DNA of 64,000 nucleotides from Escherichia coli (GTDB lineage Bacteria; Pseudomonadota; Gammaproteobacteria; Enterobacterales; Enterobacteriaceae): NCBI RefSeq assembly GCF_017348835.2, contig NZ_CP071375.1; one strand, 5' to 3'. Shown piece by piece: positions 56,816 to 64,000 of this stretch (position 1 is its first letter; each line of letters starts with the position of its first letter). The notes under the pieces were generated by a model. It saw only the letters and a program-made list of their open reading frames with translations, ran no database searches and was not told where the DNA came from. The position numbers and the translations under genes were made by a program.

Positions 56816-58153
56816 ATGAACGCAAATAACACCCTGGATCTCACGCCACATTTTGCTTTAGACGGTGATCAGCCATTTAAAGACAGGCGCGCCATGATGC
56901 CGTTTCGTGGAGCCATTCCGGTTGCCAAAGAGCAACTGGCACAGACCTGGCAAGAGATGATCAATCAAACGGTATCACCACGTAAGCGACTGGTTTACCT
57001 ACACATTCCTTTTTGTGCGACACACTGCACGTTTTGTGGCTTTTATCAGAACCGTTTTAATGAAGATGCGTGTGCTGATTATACCGACGCCCTGATTCGT
57101 GAAATAGAAATGGAAGCGGACAGCGTATTGCATCAGTCTGCCCCCATCCACGCGGTCTATTTCGGTGGCGGCACGCCTTCCGCGCTTTCGGCACACGATT
57201 TGGCCAGAATTATCAACACATTACGAGAAAAGCTGCCACTGGCCCCTGATTGTGAAATCACTATCGAAGGCCGGGTACTGAATTTTGACGCTGAGCGAAT
57301 CGATGCTTGTCTTGATGCAGGAGCAAACCGCTTCTCAATTGGTATCCAGTCGTTTAACAGCAAAATCCGCAAGAAAATGGCCCGCACCTCGGATGGCCCA
57401 ACCGCCATTGCGTTTATGGAAAGCCTGGTCAAACGTGACCGTGCTGCGGTGGTCTGTGACCTGCTGTTTGGCCTGCCGGGTCAGGATGCGCAAACCTGGG
57501 GAGAAGATCTGGCTATTGCCCGCGATATCGGTCTCGATGGCGTCGATCTCTATGCGCTCAATGTCCTGCCCAATACACCGCTGGGCAAAGCCGTGGAAAA
57601 TGGGCGTACTACCGTGCCCTCTCCGGCAGAACGTCGCGATCTTTATCTGCAAGGGTGTGACTTCATGGACGAAGCCGGTTGGCGCTGTATTAGTAACAGC
57701 CACTGGGGCCGTACCACACGCGAACGCAATCTCTATAACCTGCTGATAAAACAAGGTGCCGATTGTCTGGCCTTTGGTTCCGGAGCCGGCGGTTCGATTA
57801 ATGGTTACTCCTGGATGAACGAACGCAATCTTCAGACCTGGCATGAATCCGTCGCGGCAGGCAAAAAACCGCTGATAATGATCATGCGTAACGCCGAACG
57901 TAATGCGCAATGGCGTCATACCTTGCAGTCAGGTGTTGAAACAGCGCGTGTACCGCTGGATGAACTTACGCCACATGCCGAAAAACTCGCGCCGTTACTG
58001 GCTCAATGGCACCAAAAAGGCTTAAGTCGCGATGCTTCAACTTGCCTGCGGCTGACTAATGAAGGTCGTTTCTGGGCAAGCAATATTTTGCAGTCTCTTA
58101 ATGAACTAATTCAGGTACTTAATGCGCCAGCGATTGTGCGTGAAAAACCATAA
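56816..58153 (+). CDS. chuW: Radical-SAM haem-degrading enzyme ChuW (HemN-like anaerobilin synthase), 445 aa
   Basis: 445-aa ORF with radical-SAM cluster motif CATHCTFC. Confidence 0.9.
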   Translation: MNANNTLDLTPHFALDGDQPFKDRRAMMPFRGAIPVAKEQLAQTWQEMINQTVSPRKRLVYLHIPFCATHCTFCGFYQNRFNEDACADYTDALIREIEMEADSVLHQSAPIHAVYFGGGTPSALSAHDLARIINTLREKLPLAPDCEITIEGRVLNFDAERIDACLDAGANRFSIGIQSFNSKIRKKMARTSDGPTAIAFMESLVKRDRAAVVCDLLFGLPGQDAQTWGEDLAIARDIGLDGVDLYALNVLPNTPLGKAVENGRTTVPSPAERRDLYLQGCDFMDEAGWRCISNSHWGRTTRERNLYNLLIKQGADCLAFGSGAGGSINGYSWMNERNLQTWHESVAAGKKPLIMIMRNAERNAQWRHTLQSGVETARVPLDELTPHAEKLAPLLAQWHQKGLSRDASTCLRLTNEGRFWASNILQSLNELIQVLNAPAIVREKP

Positions 58154-58165
58154 CAGGAGTGATTT

Positions 58166-58660
58166 ATGAGCCATGTCTCGTTACAAGAATTTTTGAAAAC
58201 GGAGCCGGACGGTACGCTGGAGGTGGTAGCCGAACAATACAACACCACACTGCTGGAGGTAGTGAGAAATCTACCCTCCTCTACCGTAGTGCCAGGCGAT
58301 AAATTCGATACTGTCTGGGATACCGTCTGCGAATGGGGCAACGTCACCACGTTAGTACATACTGCCGATGTAATCCTCGAATTTAGCGGCGAACTGCCTT
58401 CGGGTTTCCATCGCCACGGCTATTTCAACCTACGCGGAAAGCACGGCATGTCCGGGCATATCAAAGCAGAAAACTGCACGCATATTGCCTTAATCGAACG
58501 TAAATTTATGGGCATGGACACCGCGTCCATTCTCTTTTTCAACAAAGAAGGCAGCGCCATGCTGAAAATCTTCCTCGGCAGGGATGACCATCGTCAGCTC
58601 CTGAGCGAACAAGTCAGCGCCTTCCATACTCTGGCGGCATCGTTAAAGGAACACGCCTGA
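58166..58660 (+). CDS. chuX: Haem-binding/utilisation protein ChuX, 164 aa
   Basis: 164-aa ORF following chuW. Confidence 0.85.
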   Translation: MSHVSLQEFLKTEPDGTLEVVAEQYNTTLLEVVRNLPSSTVVPGDKFDTVWDTVCEWGNVTTLVHTADVILEFSGELPSGFHRHGYFNLRGKHGMSGHIKAENCTHIALIERKFMGMDTASILFFNKEGSAMLKIFLGRDDHRQLLSEQVSAFHTLAASLKEHA

Positions 58661-59283
58661 TGACGCCGTGGCTACTCTTTGGCGCAGGCGGAAAAGGTGT
58701 GGGTGCCAGAACGCTTGAACTGGCACTGGCGGAACAACGTCCGGTCGTTGCTGTCATTCGTCATGCCGATGCCGCCACGAAACTGGCGCAACAAGGCGTA
58801 CAGGTTTTTACAGGCGACGCCTGTGATGCCAGCGTAGTCGCGGCTGCTTGCCGCGCAGCTGGCCCGGATGCGCTTATCATCTCAACAATGGGAGGAGCTC
58901 AGGATTATCTGGCGCACAGAACAGTGATTGATGAGGCCGAAAAGGCAGGCATCAGTCGCATGATTCTGGTGACTTCTTTGGGATGCGGCGATAGTTGGCC
59001 GTTCTTATCGGATCGGGCAAAAGCCGCGTTTGGTCAGGCGGTGCGCGAAAAGACACTGGCGGAAAGCTGGCTGCAAACCAGCCAGCTAGACTACGCCATT
59101 CTCCGCCCTGGTGGTCTGCTTGACGGCGCAGCAACAGGCAAAGCACAACGGGTACAAAATCAGGAGTGTCATGGTTTTGTCCGCCGTGCCGATGTCGCTG
59201 CACACATTCATGAACTGGCAAACGCGCCAGCACTCAACAAGCAGATCTACAGTCTGATTGAACCTGACCTGAAACCGGCGTAA
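58660..59283 (+). CDS. chuY: NAD(P)H-binding reductase ChuY (anaerobilin reductase), 207 aa
   Basis: 207-aa ORF with Rossmann N-terminus LLFGAGGKGVGART; 1-nt overlap with chuX. Confidence 0.85.
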   Translation: MTPWLLFGAGGKGVGARTLELALAEQRPVVAVIRHADAATKLAQQGVQVFTGDACDASVVAAACRAAGPDALIISTMGGAQDYLAHRTVIDEAEKAGISRMILVTSLGCGDSWPFLSDRAKAAFGQAVREKTLAESWLQTSQLDYAILRPGGLLDGAATGKAQRVQNQECHGFVRRADVAAHIHELANAPALNKQIYSLIEPDLKPA

Positions 59284-59333
59284 TCCCATGCGGCGCAGAC
59301 TCTCCGCGCCGCAACGTCATAACGGAGTTTTGC

Positions 59334-60326
59334 GTGCTCAAGGATTCATTTTCATCCGCCAGGGTCTTTATGGGGCTATCACTATTATTGCTTGCCCTGG
59401 TGCTGTTCGGTGCCAGTCAGGGAGCGTTAAAGATCAGTTTTGATGCCCTTTTTGATGAGGAATACCGCGATATCTGGCTCAATATTCGTCTACCACGGGT
59501 TTTGCTGGCGGTGCTGGTAGGTGCAGCGTTGGCAACCGCAGGGGTAATTATGCAGGGGCTTTTTCGTAACCCAATGGCTGACCCAGGATTACTTGGCGTC
59601 AGTAGCGGTTCTGCATTAATGGTTGGCGTTGCTATTGTGCTGCCCTTCTCCTTCCCAGTGGTTCTGGTGCTCTATGAGCAAATGGTGTTTGCCATTGCCG
59701 GAAGTTTAGTAGTCTGCACCATCATTTTTCTCATCACGCAGCGCCATCGCGATGGCAGCATGATGCAATTATTACTCGCCGGTATCGCCATCAATGCCCT
59801 GTGCGGCGCAGCGATCGGCATCCTGAGCTATATCGGCGATGAGCAGCAGCTACGACAACTCACATTGTGGATGATGGGCAATCTTGGACAGGCGCAATGG
59901 CCGACGTTATTGGTTGCCAGTTCATTCATCCTACCGGCCATTATCGCAACAACTTGTCTCGCCGGAACGCTGAATTTACTGCAGCTCGGTGATGAAGAAG
60001 CCCATTACCTCGGCGTGAACGTTAAGCGTAAACGCCAGCAATTACTGTTAGTGAGCTCACTGCTCGTTGGTGCTGCCGTATCGGTAAGCGGCATTATCGG
60101 CTTTATTGGCCTGGTGATCCCGCATCTGATTCGCATGACTACCGGAGCAAATCACCGCTGGCTAATCCCTTGTTCCGCCCTCGCCGGGGCCTGTTTATTG
60201 CTGATGGCTGACACGCTTGCCCGCACGCTGGTACAGCCAGCAGAAATGCCCGTGGGATTATTAACCAGCCTGCTTGGTGGCCCTTATTTTATGTGGTTGA
60301 TTCTGCGAAATCGGAGGATCACATGA
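59334..60326 (+). CDS. chuU: Haemin ABC transporter permease ChuU, 330 aa
   Basis: 330-aa FecCD-family permease ORF. Confidence 0.9.
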   Translation: MLKDSFSSARVFMGLSLLLLALVLFGASQGALKISFDALFDEEYRDIWLNIRLPRVLLAVLVGAALATAGVIMQGLFRNPMADPGLLGVSSGSALMVGVAIVLPFSFPVVLVLYEQMVFAIAGSLVVCTIIFLITQRHRDGSMMQLLLAGIAINALCGAAIGILSYIGDEQQLRQLTLWMMGNLGQAQWPTLLVASSFILPAIIATTCLAGTLNLLQLGDEEAHYLGVNVKRKRQQLLLVSSLLVGAAVSVSGIIGFIGLVIPHLIRMTTGANHRWLIPCSALAGACLLLMADTLARTLVQPAEMPVGLLTSLLGGPYFMWLILRNRRIT

Positions 60327-61093
60327 TCAGCGCCCAGAATCTGGTTTATAGCCTTCAGGGGCGGCGTCTGACTGATAATGTCTCGCTGACTTTTCCCGGT
60401 GGGGAAATTGTTGCCATTCTCGGCCCTAATGGTGCGGGAAAATCTACGCTGCTTCGCCAGTTAACCGGCTATCTTCAACCTGATAGCGGCGAATGTCGGT
60501 TGTTTAATAAGCCATTAAATGAGTGGTCGATTACTGAACTGGCGAAACACCGGGCCGTGATGCGTCAAAATAGCCACATGGCGTTTCCATTCAGCGTACA
60601 AGAAGTTATCCAGATGGGTCGGCATCCGCATCGTACTGGTAATCAGGATAATGAAACAGCACAAATAATGGCGTTATGTGACTGTCAGGCGTTAGCAAAC
60701 CGCGACTATCGGCAATTATCCGGTGGTGAACAACAGCGCGTGCAATTAGCGCGCCTGCTGGTGCAACTCTGGGAACCTACTCCCTCACCGAAATGGTTAT
60801 TTCTTGATGAACCAACTTCGGCGCTGGATATTCACCATCAGCAGCACTTGTTCCGTTTATTACGCCAGTTAGTTCACGAACGGCAGTTCAATGTTTGCTG
60901 CGTATTGCACGATCTAAATCTTGCCGCGCGTTATGCAGACCGTATTGTATTAATGCAAAAAGGAAAGGTTATCGCAAATGGTAAACCGCAGGACGTATTG
61001 ACACAGCAGGCGCTGACAATGCTCTACGGCGCGGATATTACCGTACTTAAAGATCCTGCCAACCATTCACCACTGATCGTCCTCGATCATTAA
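60323..61093 (+). CDS. chuV: Haemin ABC transporter ATPase ChuV (HmuV), 256 aa
   Basis: ORF track 60293..61093 trimmed to [16 protein letters not shown] (ATGA overlap with chuU); Walker [10 protein letters not shown] and LSGGEQQR. Confidence 0.85.
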   Translation: MISAQNLVYSLQGRRLTDNVSLTFPGGEIVAILGPNGAGKSTLLRQLTGYLQPDSGECRLFNKPLNEWSITELAKHRAVMRQNSHMAFPFSVQEVIQMGRHPHRTGNQDNETAQIMALCDCQALANRDYRQLSGGEQQRVQLARLLVQLWEPTPSPKWLFLDEPTSALDIHHQQHLFRLLRQLVHERQFNVCCVLHDLNLAARYADRIVLMQKGKVIANGKPQDVLTQQALTMLYGADITVLKDPANHSPLIVLDH

Positions 61094-61099
61094 AAGCAA

Positions 61100-61124
61100 C
61101 AGGAGTACCGCACTGGTACTCCTG
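61100..61124. terminator. Hairpin between convergent chuV and yhiD
   Basis: CAGGAGTACC-gcact-GGTACTCCTG perfect 10-bp stem. Confidence 0.5.
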
Positions 61125-61144
61125 CGAATAAATAACTATACAGA

Positions 61145-61792
61145 TTAGCTAATTGAAACGCCTTTCACCCCTGCCATACCTTTTAATAATCGCAACAGAT
61201 CTTCTATCGACGTTGTGGCATGAAGCTGGATATCAATGGCGACCACTTCATGATCTTCATTTTCCTGCAACGAAACTAAATCAGTTTTTATTTTTTGCTG
61301 CTTAAACCAGTCGAGCATTGATACCGTATTACCGTTCACTAATGTCAGCTGTAAATGGTAATTTTTGTTCATCAGGCGGAAGGTTAATTGATGGAAGACT
61401 TCCAGCACCAGCAAGGTCATCACTGAACCATAAATACCCAGTTCGTACATACCACTGCCAATAACCATACCTATGGCGGCGGTCACCCAGATATCCGCTG
61501 CCGTCGTCAAACCTACAATATTTTGGTTACGAACGAGAATGTTACCTGCACCGATAAACCCGACGCCCGTCACCACCTGAGCAGCAATACGGCTGGGGTC
61601 CAGTCCGACGTGATCTAAAGACAGTACGTCAGCAAAACCATATTTCGAAACAATCATAAACAGGGCGCTTCCCATGCCAATTAATACATGTGTGCGTAAC
61701 CCTGCTCCTTTGCCGCGCATTTGCCTTTCCATGCCAATAGCGCCACAGGCAATTGCCGCGAGTATAAGACGTATAATAAATTCTGCTGTCAT
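61145..61792 (-). CDS. yhiD: MgtC-family inner membrane protein YhiD, 215 aa
   Basis: ORF track 61145..61804 trimmed to MTAEFIIRLILAAIACGAIGMERQ. Confidence 0.85.
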   Translation of the reverse strand: MTAEFIIRLILAAIACGAIGMERQMRGKGAGLRTHVLIGMGSALFMIVSKYGFADVLSLDHVGLDPSRIAAQVVTGVGFIGAGNILVRNQNIVGLTTAADIWVTAAIGMVIGSGMYELGIYGSVMTLLVLEVFHQLTFRLMNKNYHLQLTLVNGNTVSMLDWFKQQKIKTDLVSLQENEDHEVVAIDIQLHATTSIEDLLRLLKGMAGVKGVSIS

Positions 61793-61855
61793 ATAAAAAT
61801 GCAAAAAGGAGCAGCAAGATGGCTCAACTTGCTACTCCTTTTTACTTGTACCTCA

Positions 61856-62182
61856 TTAATTCGGCAAGTCATTAGATGCTTGATTTTTGAAGGTATACAA
61901 ATTTTTCTGCGGGTTTTTCTTGCAGTATTCGATCACTTTAGGAATTTGAGTGAGATCGGTTTCATTTAAAGTAACGGTATCGCCACCTTTATATACTGTT
62001 TCTTCATGCAGCATCCACCATGCAACCGGGGTCATTGCTTTTGGATTCAGATCAATAAATTCCTGGCAGGTCATATCTTTAGCGGATTCATTGGCTGCCA
62101 GCGCAGATTGTGCGTTCACCAGTGACAAAGCCGCTACAGCGCCCATAAAAATAAACGCTTTACGGAGAGATGAAATATTCAT
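61856..62182 (-). CDS. hdeB: Periplasmic acid-stress chaperone HdeB, 108 aa
   Basis: ORF track 61856..62194 trimmed to MNISSLRKAFIFMGAVAALSLVNAQSALA. Confidence 0.9.
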   Translation of the reverse strand: MNISSLRKAFIFMGAVAALSLVNAQSALAANESAKDMTCQEFIDLNPKAMTPVAWWMLHEETVYKGGDTVTLNETDLTQIPKVIEYCKKNPQKNLYTFKNQASNDLPN

Positions 62183-62297
62183 TTTGTAACCCATTCAATA
62201 TAGAGATTATATATGAACAGGAGGAATAGCTGCTTTTAAAGAAGATATTCCGGCCTGTTCAATATGCAAGGAAGTACGATGTAACGCATTCCCGGAA

Positions 62298-62630
62298 TTA
62301 CATATCTTTCTTAATTTTGTCCCATTCGCCTTTAACTTTATCTTTAAAGTTGGCTTGTTTATCCTGAGTACAAGCCTGAACGATAGCTGGGGTTACGGTT
62401 GCAATACCCTGAACATCTAAAACCGCATCTTCTGGTTTATCTTTGTTGTTCAGCGCTTCAGCAAAACCAACTGCAGTTGGCTGGAAGGATTCGTCCACAG
62501 CCAGGAAATCTTCACAGGTCCAGGAGTTGACCGGTTTTTTGTTATCAGCTGCTTTTTGCGCATCCGCTGCATTGCTCACAACTGGCAGAAGAAGCAGACC
62601 ACCAAGAATAACGCCTAATACTTTTTTCAT
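62298..62630 (-). CDS. hdeA: Periplasmic acid-stress chaperone HdeA, 110 aa
   Basis: 110-aa ORF MKKVLGVILGGLLLLPVVSNAADAQKAADNKKPVNSWTCEDFLAVD. Confidence 0.95.
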   Translation of the reverse strand: MKKVLGVILGGLLLLPVVSNAADAQKAADNKKPVNSWTCEDFLAVDESFQPTAVGFAEALNNKDKPEDAVLDVQGIATVTPAIVQACTQDKQANFKDKVKGEWDKIKKDM

Positions 62631-62884
62631 CGTAATATCCTCAACTATAAAGTGAAAGAGCCGTCACGAATCAATTTCGACACTGAGGTTATAACCTGGT
62701 TTTCTGTATATGTCATGTTGATGGAAAATATCAAAATCAGATATTTTTATTTCAATACAATGAGTTACAGATGCATCAGATACTGCAATTAGGAAATTTT
62801 TATTAAATCGACTGCATTCTTAGACGCGTTTTTGGCATAGATTGATAGCAGGGGATTTTCTTCTTAATTTTATAGGGTGGTTCT

Positions 62885-63457
62885 ATGTTATATATAGATA
62901 AGGCAACAATTTTGAAGTTTGATCTGGAGATGCTGAAAAAGCATCGCAGAGCAATCCAGTTTATTGCCGTGCTGCTGTTTATCGTCGGGTTGCTGTGTAT
63001 CAGTTTCCCGTTCGTCTCTGGCGATATTTTAAGCACAGTAGTGGGTGCATTATTAATCTGCTCGGGTATTGCGCTTATTGTCGGGTTATTCAGCAACCGC
63101 AGTCATAATTTCTGGCCGGTATTATCTGGTTTCCTCGTCGCAGTCGCCTATTTATTGATCGGCTATTTCTTCATCCGCGCACCGGAGCTGGGCATTTTTG
63201 CCATTGCGGCATTTATTGCCGGTTTGTTCTGTGTTGCAGGGGTTATTCGCCTGATGAGTTGGTATCGTCAGCGTTCAATGAAAGGCAGCTGGCTACAGCT
63301 CGTTATTGGTGTGCTGGATATCGTCATTGCCTGGATATTCCTTGGTGCAACGCCGATGGTATCTGTAACGCTGGTTTCCACACTGGTGGGAATTGAACTG
63401 ATATTTAGCGCCGCCAGCCTGTTCAGCTTCGCCAGTTTGTTCGTTAAGCAGCAATAA
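62885..63457 (+). CDS. hdeD: Acid-resistance inner membrane protein HdeD, 190 aa
   Basis: 190-aa multi-pass membrane ORF divergent from hdeAB. Confidence 0.9.
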   Translation: MLYIDKATILKFDLEMLKKHRRAIQFIAVLLFIVGLLCISFPFVSGDILSTVVGALLICSGIALIVGLFSNRSHNFWPVLSGFLVAVAYLLIGYFFIRAPELGIFAIAAFIAGLFCVAGVIRLMSWYRQRSMKGSWLQLVIGVLDIVIAWIFLGATPMVSVTLVSTLVGIELIFSAASLFSFASLFVKQQ

Positions 63458-64000
63458 TTATCCCGGTTGTCACCCGGATCATAGTCACTTGATGTGACTA
63501 TGATCCGATTAATACTCTCTCCGCTACGCAGTGTTGTAGATCAATTGCGCACTATCATTGAAATAATTACCTGCTAGTGATTATTTCAACCTACTGAATT
63601 TCATCTAATTTTTTTCACTCCATGGCAAATTAGCCATTTCAAACATTATCATGGCTGATATTTTCCGTAGTCAGGTTTAATGTTTTAAAAGTGCTGTGGG
63701 AAAGTGAACAAAGAGTTCCGTAAGCGTTGATGCTATGGGCGGTTAAATAAGTAATCCGGGTTCATTTTTTTGCAACTGGCGTTGATTACATTGCATAAAT
63801 ATCCGTGTCTCCAGACGCTATATAAAAACCTGAAGACATGAATGCGTTATTTACTCAGGTAATTTCAATGCGTTAAAAGAAAGCTGGCAATCCAATTGCC
63901 AGCTTAAGTCGAAACAAGGAGACTCGATATTTAAATCGGATTACATTTTAACTTTAGTAATATTCTTCAGAGATCACAAACTGGTTATTGATAACTTATT

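Overview
This window is an Escherichia coli chromosomal segment with a K-12-like backbone running livK, panZ, livJ, rpoH, ftsYEX, rsmD, yhhLMN, zntA, tusA, yhhQ, dcrB, yhhS, yhhT, acpT, nikABCDER, yhhJ-rbbA-yhiI, yhiJ, yhiL, yhiM, yhiN, pitA, uspB, uspA, dtpB, rsmJ, prlC, rlmJ, gor, dinQ-agrAB, arsC, yhiS, slp, dctR, yhiD, hdeBA and hdeD. All gene identities come from reading the supplied six-frame translations against remembered protein families; no search was run. Several accessory differences from the K-12 layout stand out. (1) A GNAT-toxin/DUF1778-antitoxin pair sits between panZ and livJ. (2) A hicB-like gene with an apparently disabled hicA-like partner sits between nikR and yhhJ, where K-12 carries rhsB. 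(3) An IS481-family element with an 8-bp target duplication is inserted in the dinQ/agrA divergent promoter region. (4) arsR and arsB are missing, leaving arsC behind a promoter remnant. (5) yhiS and yhiL are intact. (6) The chu haem-uptake island (chuS, chuA, chuTWXYUV) is inserted between dctR and yhiD with Fur boxes. The most interesting candidate for something undescribed is the AT-rich yhiJ/yhiL paralogue pair, which carries an ordered set of PPP-type metallophosphatase motifs (GDxDG, GDxxGDR, GNHE, HHG) inside otherwise uncharacterised ~540-aa proteins. No rRNA, tRNA or CRISPR array was seen. Regulatory-site coordinates are good to a few bp.
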